This document shows, piece by piece, positions 27,740 to 37,878 of a DNA stretch of 64,000 nucleotides. Source of the DNA: Candidatus Iainarchaeum sp. (GTDB taxonomy: Archaea > Iainarchaeota > Iainarchaeia > Iainarchaeales > DTGL01). How positions within the stretch are numbered: the stretch's first letter is position 1; each line of letters opens with the position of its first letter. Below the pieces are notes generated by a model. It did not search any database, was not told where the DNA came from, and saw nothing but the letters and a program-made list of their open reading frames with translations. The position numbers and the translations under genes are program-made. Where the stretch lies: positions 123,090 to 187,089 of the forward strand of contig JAOAJX010000002.1 of assembly GCA_026413945.1 (NCBI GenBank). Reading direction: 5' to 3'.

Positions 27740-28603
27740 ATGATGAAGGTGGCAGATATGTATGATGAGGGCGGAGAAGAGCAAGCTTTTGCACAACAAG
27801 GCGGTGGCTTCAAAAGTAAAGTTAAGTATCATTTTGAAGGGTTAATTCCACTCATATTGCTTGTTATTGTGGCTGTGCTTGCTGGCGCTTGGATAGGCCT
27901 TTGGGACATTCCTGGGCTTGATTTCAACAAACCGGCTAAAATGCTTATAATAGGTAAGCCAAGCCAAATAACGCTTGAAGCATTAGGCGTGGCGTCCAAG
28001 GATCTTGTTAGATATACCATTAGAGACACTTATTATTTGGGGCTAACACCAGAGCATATGCTTTCAAAGTACGATATGGTAATGCTAGACCAGACAAATA
28101 GCTCTTTTAGGCCTTATATTTCTAGACAACTCGGAAGTGCTTTAGAGGAATATGTCAGGAAAGGTGGCAAACTTATTATAGTTGGCAATTCCGGCATACT
28201 GAGAAGCGATGCTCCGGAAGCAATAGGTTGGCGTGCAAATATGGGTGACATTTCACCTGTTGATTGCACAGCAGATATAAGAGGCGTACCAAGCTGCCTA
28301 CAGCCGATAAAGGTAAATGGCACGATTTATACGCTTGACTATGAGCATCCAATTGTTGAAGGCATAGAAAGAGTGCCAGCAGTACCATTTGAGGGCACAA
28401 TACCTTTTGAAGTCTATAATGTTTCTGTTCTTGGAAATGAGATTGCATATATACAAGAAGGTACAGACATGGACGTGATGCGCGCAAATTGGTATCCTGG
28501 GATTGTTGAAAGAAGGCATCTATTAGGTAAAGTGGTATACTTTAACTATGATCCCGGTTTGACAAGAGCCATACTTCAAAACACCATAAAGTACTTAAAG
28601 TAA
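27740..28603 (+). CDS. Membrane-anchored protein with a GATase/flavodoxin-like domain
   Basis: TM helix; LSKYDMVML..YVRKGGKLIIVGNSG; paralog of 25552. Confidence 0.65.
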   Translation: MMKVADMYDEGGEEQAFAQQGGGFKSKVKYHFEGLIPLILLVIVAVLAGAWIGLWDIPGLDFNKPAKMLIIGKPSQITLEALGVASKDLVRYTIRDTYYLGLTPEHMLSKYDMVMLDQTNSSFRPYISRQLGSALEEYVRKGGKLIIVGNSGILRSDAPEAIGWRANMGDISPVDCTADIRGVPSCLQPIKVNGTIYTLDYEHPIVEGIERVPAVPFEGTIPFEVYNVSVLGNEIAYIQEGTDMDVMRANWYPGIVERRHLLGKVVYFNYDPGLTRAILQNTIKYLK

Positions 28604-28664
28604 CATTTCTTGCTAAAAATGAATTCTAGACAACATAGTGCTCAATAAACTCGGAGGTGCTACA

Positions 28665-28961
28665 ATGAACAAAAAAGAAAACGATGAGATTTCTAAAGAC
28701 AATGTCGTCTTTGTAGGAAGAAAAAGCACAATGGCGTACGTGCTTGCAGTGGTTACACAAATGAATCAAGGCGTAGACGAAGTAATAGTGAAAGCAAGGG
28801 GCAAAGCAATAAGCAAGGCAGTTGATGTAGCAGAGATTGTAAGAAACAAATTCGTTTCAGACGCAAAAATTGACGACATAAAGATATCAACAGAGGAAGT
28901 AACTTCAGAGGACGGCAAGCAGCTCAAGGTTTCAGCGATTGAAATAAAGCTTAAAAAATAA
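28665..28961 (+). CDS. albA: DNA/RNA-binding protein Alba
   Basis: [15 protein letters not shown]; [15 protein letters not shown]; VSAIEIKL; GGAGGTG RBS. Confidence 0.97.
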   Translation: MNKKENDEISKDNVVFVGRKSTMAYVLAVVTQMNQGVDEVIVKARGKAISKAVDVAEIVRNKFVSDAKIDDIKISTEEVTSEDGKQLKVSAIEIKLKK

Positions 28962-28964
28962 CTT

Positions 28965-29006
28965 AGGGAGCCGAAAAGGCCCCTTTTATTTATTTTTTTG
29001 TTTTTT
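28965..29006 (+). terminator. Hairpin plus T-tract after alba
   Basis: AGGG-a-GCC-gaaaa-GGC-CCCT then long T runs. Confidence 0.55.
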
Positions 29007-29097
29007 AAGTTGGTTAATAAAATTAATTTTAAGTTATTCTAATTTTAGGAAAATTAACCGAAAGTGCTTTAAATTCATGACTACATCATGATATATT

Positions 29098-29592
29098 ATG
29101 ACAAATCAAGAGCCAGTCATGAATAAAGGGCTAACGCTTGATAAGTTGGCAAAAGAATTCAAGGGCTTAACTTCAGATATTGAAGAGATTTCAAAGCAGT
29201 GCTCAGATCCTTTCTTTATTGCACTTTTACTTTTCCAGCTTGCAAAAGAAAGAGAGCAGACAAACAAGATAATCGCTGATATAAGCGAAAGGCTAAAAGC
29301 ACTGGAAAATAAGGTGCAGGCTAATGTTCAAAACCAAGAAGAACACACAATACTTGCAGAAGTTGACCAGCGCATAGTTGCACTTGCAGACCAGAAAGGA
29401 ATGATAAGTGCTGATGATGTAAAGGCGCTTCTTTCGTACAATTGTGTCAATGCAGCATCACAACGCTTAAACAAATTATTCAGAGAAGGGTATCTTGCAA
29501 AGGTTCGTGCGGGAAAGAAGGTTTTTTTTACAATTAAAAAAACCTCTTTGCTCCCAACACCCAACCACCCCCATAAGCAAAGCCCCCTATGA
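29098..29592 (+). CDS. Coiled-coil plus winged-helix protein
   Basis: EREQTN coiled coil; ISADDV..NAASQRLNKLFREGYL.KVRAGKKVFF wHTH. Confidence 0.7.
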   Translation: MTNQEPVMNKGLTLDKLAKEFKGLTSDIEEISKQCSDPFFIALLLFQLAKEREQTNKIIADISERLKALENKVQANVQNQEEHTILAEVDQRIVALADQKGMISADDVKALLSYNCVNAASQRLNKLFREGYLAKVRAGKKVFFTIKKTSLLPTPNHPHKQSPL

Positions 29593-29708
29593 GCCTTTGC
29601 TACCCTTCTCCCTCCTTTGCCTTTAATTTATTTTAAAATAAATCATGCAGCCATAGAACTCTTGTAAAATTAGAATGTTAAAAGATTAGAAAAATTCGTT
29701 TCGGCTTA

Positions 29709-30152
29709 TTATTTTCTTAATTTGCTCTTTATATCTGATATTATTTCTCGACCTTTTTTAAGCTCTTGAAATATGCCTTGCAAACTATCGTCTGTATATT
29801 TTACCAAAAAACCTTCTTCGCTTGGCTCAATAGTAAAATATTGACCAAACTTTGCTGACAAAACCTCAATCATCCTTCTCTCTTCAACAACTTTTTTAAG
29901 CTCATTTGCAAGATATGCCTTAAATTTTTCCAATTCGATAAGGTGCCGTTCAACATCTGAAATAAGATCTTCGGAATCCCGAGAATATATCTTTACAGGC
30001 ACAATTGAAAAGTCATTTGCCTGCATCTCTGATTTTATGCTATCCTGTTTGCTCATCAGCTGTTCTTTTATTTTTTCGAATTTTGATATCTGCTCTTCAA
30101 CGCCTTTAAGGAAAAGCCTAAGTTCTTCTTCACGCTCCTCAAGGCCTTGCAT
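29709..30152 (-). CDS. Hypothetical coiled-coil protein
   Basis: 147-aa charged helical ORF. Confidence 0.6.
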   Translation of the reverse strand: MQGLEEREEELRLFLKGVEEQISKFEKIKEQLMSKQDSIKSEMQANDFSIVPVKIYSRDSEDLISDVERHLIELEKFKAYLANELKKVVEERRMIEVLSAKFGQYFTIEPSEEGFLVKYTDDSLQGIFQELKKGREIISDIKSKLRK

Positions 30153-30261
30153 AATAAACCCTATTTATCTAACATTTTTTTAGTATTTATATTTTTGCTT
30201 TTTCGTTCAATCGCAAGCAAAAAGGAAAAAATATAAATATTGAAAAGCTTCTAATAATAAG

Positions 30262-31575
30262 ATGGACAATAGAAATGCAGCCACAACTTCTTTTCAGGAA
30301 GAAGAAAGTGTTATAGGAAGGTCTCTTTCGGAAAGGGAAAGATATGGAAAAGAAGGCACTGGCTACCTTGGTAGAGTTGTTTTATCTAAAGGTGAAAGGC
30401 CAGTGCTTGGCAGGAAGATCTTAATAGACCTTGCAAAGCCACACATGATTCTTATCTGTGGAAAGCGTGGCTACGGAAAAAGTTACACGATGGCTGTTTT
30501 AATAGAGGAGTTTGCAAGGTTGCCTGTTGCCTTACAAAACAGGATTGCGGTTATAGTCATAGATACGGTTGGCATATTTTGGTCATTAAAAACGCCAAAC
30601 AAATTTGAGACCAATATTTTGCAAGAGTGGGGCTTGAAAGCTGAGGCAACAAACGCAAGAGTATTGGTACCTCAGGGGCTTCTAACATTTTACAAAGATC
30701 GTGGAATACCCGCAGATGGAACTTTCACAATTAAAGCTTCTGAGTTGACCGGCACGGAATGGATGGCTCTTTTTAAGCTTACATGGAAAGACCCAGAAGG
30801 TATATTGATACACCGCGCTGTAGAAGACCTTAAGGAAAAGCTTGGCACATATTTCGGCATAGACGAAATAATAAGCGCTGTGGAAAACTACAAGGAATTT
30901 GATTTTAATACAAGGCAGGCTTTGGTAAACAGATTAAAGATGGCAAAAAGTTGGGGCGTGATTGAGAAAACAGGTACAAAAACTAAGGATATAGCCAGGG
31001 CTGGCTCGATAACAATAATTGATGTTTCTGCTTATAGGCAATCAATAGAAATGGAAGGCGTTCGTGATGTCATTGTTGCTTTGCTTGGCAAAAGACTTTT
31101 TGAAGAAAGGATGCTCTACAGAAAAGAGGAAGAAGCAAAGCTGATGACTGAAAACGTGCGCACGAGCGAAATGCCGCTTGTGTGGTTATTTATAGATGAA
31201 GCACATATATTTATGCCTAAAAGCGGCAAGAACATAGCGCTTAGTGTTCTCCTTGAATGGGCACGTGTTGGTAGGCAACCTGGATTAAGCTTGGTGCTTG
31301 CAACACAGATGCCTGAAAGGTTGCATACTGATTTTCTTTCACAGTGCGATATTTTCATCTCACATCGCCTAACTGCTGGGCCTGATATTGATGCCGTTGG
31401 CACGCTAAGGCCAACATACCTCTATCAGAGTATTGAGAAATATTATGCAGACATACCCACAGGCAAAGGCTTTGCAATAGTGCTAGATGATAATAGCGAA
31501 AAGCTCTGGATGATTAGGGTAAGGCCAAGGTTGAGCTGGGATGCTGGCACAACAGCATCAGCATTCAGGAAATAA
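30262..31575 (+). CDS. HerA-like ATPase (DUF87), short paralog
   Basis: GKRGYGKS; VIDTVG; FIDEAH; RVGRQPG; ATQMP. Confidence 0.88.
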   Translation: MDNRNAATTSFQEEESVIGRSLSERERYGKEGTGYLGRVVLSKGERPVLGRKILIDLAKPHMILICGKRGYGKSYTMAVLIEEFARLPVALQNRIAVIVIDTVGIFWSLKTPNKFETNILQEWGLKAEATNARVLVPQGLLTFYKDRGIPADGTFTIKASELTGTEWMALFKLTWKDPEGILIHRAVEDLKEKLGTYFGIDEIISAVENYKEFDFNTRQALVNRLKMAKSWGVIEKTGTKTKDIARAGSITIIDVSAYRQSIEMEGVRDVIVALLGKRLFEERMLYRKEEEAKLMTENVRTSEMPLVWLFIDEAHIFMPKSGKNIALSVLLEWARVGRQPGLSLVLATQMPERLHTDFLSQCDIFISHRLTAGPDIDAVGTLRPTYLYQSIEKYYADIPTGKGFAIVLDDNSEKLWMIRVRPRLSWDAGTTASAFRK

Positions 31576-31620
31576 AAGATAAATAGAGTTTGTGATAAAT
31601 ATATTAAAGTGATCTGATCC

Positions 31621-32058
31621 ATGAATATGCTACTCGGTATAGGCAATGAACTTAATGGTGATGATGCGATTGGTTGCTACATCGCAAGAAATTTCTATAT
31701 GGAAGATTGGGTGTCCATTGATTGTGGAACAGTGCCTGAAAACTACCTTGGTAAGGTAATAAAAGAGAAGCCACAAGTTCTCATAGTAATAGATTCAGCA
31801 CACATGGGCCTCAGAGCCGGCGAGATCAGACGCATACAGAAAGACAGCGCTTGTTCAGCTTTTGTTAGCACACACACACTTGCGCTGAAGGAATTTCTCA
31901 CGGTTGCTGAAAAGCATGCTGGAAAGATAATTCTCATAGGAATACAACCAAAATCCACTGAAATTGGTGAAGAAATTAGCAAAGAATGCCTTAAATCTGC
32001 TAAAAAAATAACAGGCATTCTGAAAAAAGGCAGTTTTGAAAAAATCCCGTGCTTATGA
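31621..32058 (+). CDS. hycI: Hydrogenase maturation endopeptidase (HycI family)
   Basis: LGIGNELNGDDAIG; GTVPEN; IDSA; STHTL; IGIQP. Confidence 0.92.
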   Translation: MNMLLGIGNELNGDDAIGCYIARNFYMEDWVSIDCGTVPENYLGKVIKEKPQVLIVIDSAHMGLRAGEIRRIQKDSACSAFVSTHTLALKEFLTVAEKHAGKIILIGIQPKSTEIGEEISKECLKSAKKITGILKKGSFEKIPCL

Positions 32059-32490
32059 CTCCTTCTTTTTGTTTTTCTTTTTCTGGTTTTCCATAAAGCC
32101 GATCTTTTTATCATAAGTTGAAATTAAAAAGTCTTGCGTTTGTTCTAGGCACTTTACAGGGCATATGTCAACGCATTGGCCACAGAAGGTACATCTTGCT
32201 GCGTAATGCACTATTGCATTTAGCTTTTCATCAAACTCAAGCGCAGCGGCAGGACAAACCTTTATACACTGTTTGCATTTAATGCACCTATCTTTTTCAT
32301 ATTTAAGACGGCCCCTAAATCTTTCTGGAACACTTATTGGTGGATTGAATTTTGCCTTGCCCTTTGACAAATCTGTGATAAACGCCGAAGCATTTCTTGG
32401 TACACGCTTTGTAGGAAAATTATTGGTTGCCGGCTTCGAAAAAAGCTGTTTAAGCATCTGTTTAACCGAAGAGAGCATACAATTGACCAC
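32053..32490 (-). CDS. mbhN: MbhN, 2x[4Fe-4S] ferredoxin-like subunit (NuoI-like)
   Basis: FRG; CIKCKQCIKVCP; CTFCGQCVDICP. Confidence 0.88.
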   Translation of the reverse strand: MVNCMLSSVKQMLKQLFSKPATNNFPTKRVPRNASAFITDLSKGKAKFNPPISVPERFRGRLKYEKDRCIKCKQCIKVCPAAALEFDEKLNAIVHYAARCTFCGQCVDICPVKCLEQTQDFLISTYDKKIGFMENQKKKNKKKES

Positions 32491-33475
32491 CTATGAAAAA
32501 ATCAAGTATTAACAATAAGAGCCCAAAAAGGGAAATAGTAAAAATTGTAAAAATGTAAAAAGCTGATGCTTGGTCTATTCTAAACCTTGCAGTAACAGCA
32601 CTTACAATAAAAACGCTGCAAAACATAACTGCGAAAACTTTGGCTAAGAAGAAAAAGAAGTTAAATATAGGCAAAAAAAACGGATCAAACCCAAAAAATT
32701 GCTCAATATTGCAAGGAAAAAAAAGAAAAACAATAAAAGTTGCAAAGCCAAAGGTACGCAATGCCTGTGTTATGTATAGTAGAGCAAGGTTTAGCCCACT
32801 ATACTCTGCAAGCGCTCCATCTGCAATCTCTGTTTTTGCTTCACTCATATCATGAGGTAATTTACCTGCTTTAGCAGGCATCACAGCAAGAGAGGTGATT
32901 AATAGAAGCAATATGCCAACTGTCCCAAAAGGCCCAACTATAAGCCAAGGTGAAGGCCTTGCTTCTAAGTCTACTGAGAAAACTGGCATGTTTGGCGTTG
33001 TTACGGAGTAAAGCCATGACAAAGAAAATACAATTGTTGCGAGAACAAATTCATAGCTTAGCATAAGCACGAGTTCACGTTGTGCGCCAATGCTTGCAAA
33101 GTTAGAGCCAGAAGCAAAGCCACCGATGGCTAAAGCTAATGGAGGAATCACGAGAAGATATAGCACTAAGATTAAATCACCTTGATTTTTCAGAAGTGCA
33201 TTTTGGCCAGCAAATGGAACATAAAGGAAAAAAACAAGAGCTGTAGAAATAGCTACAAATGGCATGGTGTTGAAAACCCATTTTACAGCTGTTTCTGGTA
33301 CAATGTTCTCTTTCATCAATAGCTTTTTTATATCTATTATTGGTTGCAATATTGGTGGGCCTATTCTTGACTGCATTCTCGCAACAACTTTCCTTTCAAC
33401 GCCGTTTAAGATAAGTGCAATTAAAATTGCTAAAAGCATTAAGCCAAAGGCATTTACAATAAAAATGGGTGTCAT
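32462..33475 (-). CDS. mbhM: MbhM, NuoH-like membrane subunit
   Basis: ERKVVARMQSRIGPP; KLLMKE; PHDMSEAKTEI..AEYSG. Confidence 0.9.
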   Translation of the reverse strand: MTPIFIVNAFGLMLLAILIALILNGVERKVVARMQSRIGPPILQPIIDIKKLLMKENIVPETAVKWVFNTMPFVAISTALVFFLYVPFAGQNALLKNQGDLILVLYLLVIPPLALAIGGFASGSNFASIGAQRELVLMLSYEFVLATIVFSLSWLYSVTTPNMPVFSVDLEARPSPWLIVGPFGTVGILLLLITSLAVMPAKAGKLPHDMSEAKTEIADGALAEYSGLNLALLYITQALRTFGFATFIVFLFFPCNIEQFFGFDPFFLPIFNFFFFLAKVFAVMFCSVFIVSAVTARFRIDQASAFYIFTIFTISLFGLLLLILDFFIGGQLYALFG

Positions 33476-34698
33476 TTGGTAGCACCTCTTAATCTTCTAG
33501 TTTTACCAATGCAAAGCTCGCGAAGTTTTTCCTGATATAATAAAGCACCTTTATCAGCAATAATAGCTCTATTGGCGCAAGACATACAAGGATCAATCGA
33601 GGCAACTATAACAGGAACATCAGCTAGTTCGCTACCAATAAGCATAGTTCGCAAAACATGAAGGTTCGCGTATGTTGGAGCCCTTATTTTCCATGAGCTT
33701 GGTGCATCCGCTTTTTCCATTTTTATGTAGTGTATAAGCTCACCACGGGGTGCTTCAACTAGTGCAACACCTTCGCCTTGCACCTGCTTCAAATTGAATA
33801 GAAGTTTCTGTAGCACAGGCTCAGACACTATAGGGCCCGATGGCATTTCTTTTAAGCACTCTCTTACAATATCTATTGATTGTTTTATTTCGATAGCTCG
33901 CATCACAACCCTATCATAAACATCTCCGCGAGTTTCTTTAAGCAAAAACTCTGGTGTCAAAGCTTCAATGTCAATATCAGGGTATGCAGCATATGGATAA
34001 TCTTGCCTTATGTCCTTTTTTACTCCAGATGCCCTAGCTGTAGGACCAACCGCACAAAATCTTAGAGCATCTTTTTTAGAAAGAAAACCAATATCCCGCG
34101 TCCTCATCTTTATAGTTTTGTCATCAAGAAAAATATTACACATTTTTCCATAGACTTTTTCATAATAATCCATAGCAGCTCTTATTTTTTCTGCCTGCGA
34201 ATCTGATATATCTCGCCTAACGCCACCTATCATCATTATTCCTTTAGTAATCCTATTGCCAGTAAGCATTTCTACTACATCTAAAACTTTCTCGCGAGTC
34301 AACCAAGTATAATGCAAAATTGAATCAAAGCCCATTTCGTGCGCAGCAACACCCAAGAAAAGTAAGTGAGAATGTATTCTTTCAAGCTCAGCAAATATTG
34401 TTCTCAAATACTCAGCTCTCTCTGGTACTGCTATATTTGCAGCGTTTTCAATAGCTATACAAAAAGCCATTGGGTGACATATATTGCAGATACCACATAC
34501 GCGCTCTGCTATATAGAGTGTCTGTATAGGATTTCTCCTTGTGCCAACCCATTCTATGCCGCGGTGCACGTGACCTAATGTGATGTTAACATCGGTTACT
34601 CGCTCGCCGCTTACTGAAACTTCGATCTGCACCGGCTCCTTAAGGGCTGGGTGAATTGGCCCAATAGGTATATTGACTTTCTTTTCATTATCAGCCAT
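33472..34698 (-). CDS. mbhL: MbhL, group 4 [NiFe]-hydrogenase large subunit
   Basis: GPIHPALKEP; HRGIE; L1 ERVCGIC; EAPRGE; L2 DPCMSCANR plus a C-terminal extension. Confidence 0.95.
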   Translation of the reverse strand: MADNEKKVNIPIGPIHPALKEPVQIEVSVSGERVTDVNITLGHVHRGIEWVGTRRNPIQTLYIAERVCGICNICHPMAFCIAIENAANIAVPERAEYLRTIFAELERIHSHLLFLGVAAHEMGFDSILHYTWLTREKVLDVVEMLTGNRITKGIMMIGGVRRDISDSQAEKIRAAMDYYEKVYGKMCNIFLDDKTIKMRTRDIGFLSKKDALRFCAVGPTARASGVKKDIRQDYPYAAYPDIDIEALTPEFLLKETRGDVYDRVVMRAIEIKQSIDIVRECLKEMPSGPIVSEPVLQKLLFNLKQVQGEGVALVEAPRGELIHYIKMEKADAPSSWKIRAPTYANLHVLRTMLIGSELADVPVIVASIDPCMSCANRAIIADKGALLYQEKLRELCIGKTRRLRGATK

Positions 34699-35212
34699 TC
34701 TTTTCACCATTGTGGATATTTTTGGCAAATTTTGATGCACCCTTTTCATCTTTTCTCCATGGGTGAACCCCTGCTAGCGACTCATCAAGAAATGCATTGC
34801 CTGGTGGGAGCCCTCTAAATTCAATACCAAAGAATTCCCTTTTCTCCTTCTCTGAAATCTCTGCACCCGGAATAATGTCAGTTATTGTATCAATCACTGG
34901 TGAGCTTTTTGGCAATTTCACACGCAGCGTAAGAAGAACCTGCGACTTTGGTTTTGCATAATTAAGTGCAAAATGATAGAGTAGTTCTATTTCATTCCCA
35001 AGGTCTGTTCCTGAAGAAACTGAAAAATGTGGATCCTTCTGCAGCAAAGAAATCTTTCTAACAACGCCATGGATATTTTTTGGATCAATTGTTGCCCATA
35101 ACCGGAATGCTTTTGCTTTGCTTTTTCCATGCTGAGTTTCAGAAACCACAATATCTTTAGTTTCATTGCTTAGCAGATTCTTTAATTCGTTGACAAAACT
35201 TTCTGTATTCAT
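34691..35212 (-). CDS. mbhK: MbhK, NuoC-like subunit
   Basis: ELLYHF; EKEKREFFGIEF.G; HPWRKD. Confidence 0.88.
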   Translation of the reverse strand: MNTESFVNELKNLLSNETKDIVVSETQHGKSKAKAFRLWATIDPKNIHGVVRKISLLQKDPHFSVSSGTDLGNEIELLYHFALNYAKPKSQVLLTLRVKLPKSSPVIDTITDIIPGAEISEKEKREFFGIEFRGLPPGNAFLDESLAGVHPWRKDEKGASKFAKNIHNGEKNG

Positions 35213-35637
35213 TTTTTCACCTTTGTCTTTTCAAGTTTTGCCCAAGCCTTTGCGATACCCTCTATAATAGCTTCAGGCCTTGGTGGGCATCCATGGACAT
35301 AAACATCAACAGGTATGAGCTTGTCAACAGGCCCTTCTATGTTGTAAGATTCATAGAAAACACCACATGTTGAGCCACAGTTCCCAACAACAACAACAAG
35401 CTTCGGCTCAGGTGTCTGCTCATATACGCGCAAAAGCTTGTCTTTCATCTGCCTTGTCACTGGGCCGGTAACAAGCAAAACATCCGCGTGCCTGGGTGTT
35501 CCAACTAGCTTTATGCCAAAACGTTCAACATCATAGCGCGGAGTTAGAGCTGCAACAATCTCTATGTCGCAGCCATTGCAAGAACCAGCATTCACATGAA
35601 AAACCCATAATGAGCGTTTCAAGGCATCTATACCCAA
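35209..35637 (-). CDS. mbhJ: MbhJ, hydrogenase small subunit (NuoB-like)
   Basis: SCNGCDIE; PRHADVLLVTG; GNC; GCPPRP; likely TTG start at 35637. Confidence 0.93.
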   Translation of the reverse strand: MGIDALKRSLWVFHVNAGSCNGCDIEIVAALTPRYDVERFGIKLVGTPRHADVLLVTGPVTRQMKDKLLRVYEQTPEPKLVVVVGNCGSTCGVFYESYNIEGPVDKLIPVDVYVHGCPPRPEAIIEGIAKAWAKLEKTKVKK

Positions 35638-35972
35638 ATAAACACCCCTATTGAAAATACTATTAGCAAGATTGAGGCAACAACTATGAACCAAAAAATG
35701 TAATCATTTACTAAGCCAGTATGAATGCCTTTTGTTAAACTATAGTAGTTTTCAGTTGATTTAAAAAAGCCCCAAAAGTAATCGCTTGCTTTTATTATTT
35801 CATAAGCGGAAGGATCATGGCCGGAAATGAACGGTTTTGCTTTCTCCTTGCTATACGCAAAATCTTTTCTACCTAAAAATGAGAAAACATATGACAAAAG
35901 CATGGCTAAGCATGTGAAAAGCAAAAATGCAAGTGGAACCCAAAGGCCGTGATGTGTCTCTACAAAGCTCAA
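35628..35972 (-). CDS. mbhI: MbhI membrane subunit
   Basis: KPFISG; YFWGFF; HTGLVNDYIFW. Confidence 0.85.
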   Translation of the reverse strand: MSFVETHHGLWVPLAFLLFTCLAMLLSYVFSFLGRKDFAYSKEKAKPFISGHDPSAYEIIKASDYFWGFFKSTENYYSLTKGIHTGLVNDYIFWFIVVASILLIVFSIGVFIWV

Positions 35973-37516
35973 AAAACCGCCTCCAAGTAAGCACCTTGGC
36001 TTAAAAGCGCTTTTGCAGCTGGTTCAATTATTGCCTTCAGCACGCTGTCTGGGAAAAGGCCGAAAGATATTATGCAAAGCGCTAGCAGAGACATTGCGAC
36101 AAGCATTGGCTTCGGCACTTCTTTGATATTTTTAAGCTCCTCACGTTCCGGCCCGAGAAAAGCCGAGCAGAATATCTTTACAAAGGAGATAAGTGTGAGC
36201 ATGCTAACTATAACTGCAATTATTGAAAGCAGTGGATTGAAAACAAAAACGGATTCATATATCAAAAACTTTGAGGCAAAGCCATTTGTTGGTGGCAATC
36301 CTGCGATTGCTGCAGCACCTATTATGAAAAAAATTGTTGTAAATGGCATCTTTCTTGCTATGCCGCCAATCTTGTTTAGGTCTCTTTCTTTGGTTGCATA
36401 TATTATTGCACCGGCTGTTAGGAACAAAAGACCTTTATAGAGAGCGTGATTTATTATGTGAAATATGCCCCCTTCCATTGCCAACAGGCCGTGTGAATAA
36501 AAAGTGGTGTTTATTGAAAAAAGGCCTACGCCTACCCCTAGGAGCATGTAGCCGGTTTGCGAAACAGCATGATATGCCATAAGTCGCTTTATGTCCTTTT
36601 GCACCAAGGCCATTGTAACCCCAATAAACATTGATAGCAGCCCAAAGGTAATTATGGCTAAGGCAACTAACTGTATAAGCGAAAAACCGGCAAAAAGCAT
36701 AAATGAAACCCTGAAAAGTGCATAAAGTGATGCTTGGCTAGATACTACCAGAAAAGCAGTTACAGCTGATGGGGCTCGCCCATAAGCGTCTGGCACCCAG
36801 AAATGCATTGGCACTGAGCCGCATTTCATAGCTAAGCCAGCTATGAGAAGCACCATAGCAAAAACATCAACAAATGAAAATTTAATTGCCCTTGAAACAG
36901 CAGCAATATTAAGCATGCCATATTGCCCATAAAGTATGCCTATTCCAAAAAGAATCATAAGAGAAGCTACAGCGCTAACTATGAGATAATTGTAAGCTGA
37001 TATCAAAGACAGTGGCTTTTCTTTTCTAAAAGCTATAAGACCTGTTGAGCTTATTGAAAGAATCTCTATGAAAACAAATAAGTTGAAAAGGTCTCCTGTG
37101 CAAAGAATGCCAAATACGGACGCAGCCATAATAAAGAACAAGCTAAAGTATTTGCCAAAACCCTTACGAATAGAACCAAAAGAATAGATTGTTGAAACAA
37201 AAAATATTATGCTTGAGCTGAGAATCATGAATGCTGAGAAAGCATCAGCAACAAGAACTATTCTTACTGGTACTCTCAATCCAGACGGCATTGTAAGCCC
37301 TGGTTCTGTTGCACCCAACGTATAAACCAAAGTTCCAGATACAAAAATAGTATACGAAACAAAAAATCCAATTGTTACGGTAACAATAACTGAAAAAATT
37401 ATGTAAAGGTTTCTTAAAAATCTGTTAATCTTCTCAAAAAGCGGTGTTAAGAATGCAGAAAGCAAAGGAACTGCTATTAGCAATGCAATACCATTAGTAG
37501 AAAAAAACTCAATCAT
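35969..37516 (-). CDS. mbhH: MbhH, MrpD-like antiporter subunit
   Basis: TGDLFNLFVFIE; PMHFWVPDAY; QKDIKRLMAY; HALYKGLLFL; PPTNGFASK. Confidence 0.92.
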   Translation of the reverse strand: MIEFFSTNGIALLIAVPLLSAFLTPLFEKINRFLRNLYIIFSVIVTVTIGFFVSYTIFVSGTLVYTLGATEPGLTMPSGLRVPVRIVLVADAFSAFMILSSSIIFFVSTIYSFGSIRKGFGKYFSLFFIMAASVFGILCTGDLFNLFVFIEILSISSTGLIAFRKEKPLSLISAYNYLIVSAVASLMILFGIGILYGQYGMLNIAAVSRAIKFSFVDVFAMVLLIAGLAMKCGSVPMHFWVPDAYGRAPSAVTAFLVVSSQASLYALFRVSFMLFAGFSLIQLVALAIITFGLLSMFIGVTMALVQKDIKRLMAYHAVSQTGYMLLGVGVGLFSINTTFYSHGLLAMEGGIFHIINHALYKGLLFLTAGAIIYATKERDLNKIGGIARKMPFTTIFFIIGAAAIAGLPPTNGFASKFLIYESVFVFNPLLSIIAVIVSMLTLISFVKIFCSAFLGPEREELKNIKEVPKPMLVAMSLLALCIISFGLFPDSVLKAIIEPAAKALLSQGAYLEAVF

Positions 37517-37877
37517 TACTAAGAGCCTCCTTTATGTCTCTAATGTCAAGCGATTTCGTTTTTCTGTAAAGCAAAACTGAAAGTGAAAGCATTAATGCAG
37601 TTACAGCCAAACTAATTACTATGCTTGTAAGTGTTAATGCTTGTGGCACTGGCAAAACCATTTTTAATTGTGATTGAGAGGGATCTATTGGTGCATCTGT
37701 AAATATTGGCGCTATGCCGCAATACCTATAGCCAAGTGAGATTAAGAAAAGATTCACTGCTGAAGCAATTATAGCCAATCCCATGGTGATTTTTATCATG
37801 TTGCTCCTAAAGACTAAAGCATAGAAGCCAACCAGCGAAAGAAGTGCAACTGCCAAGAAGTATGAGTTTAAAATCAA
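37509..37877 (-). CDS. mbhG: MbhG, MrpC-like subunit
   Basis: NMIK; AVNLF; PVPQALTLTSIVI. Confidence 0.9.
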   Translation of the reverse strand: MILNSYFLAVALLSLVGFYALVFRSNMIKITMGLAIIASAVNLFLISLGYRYCGIAPIFTDAPIDPSQSQLKMVLPVPQALTLTSIVISLAVTALMLSLSVLLYRKTKSLDIRDIKEALSND

Positions 37878-37878
37878 A

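Noticed and set aside
33472-34698. Mbs/Mbx or complex I NuoD
   Set aside because: Both CxxC nickel-binding motifs are intact
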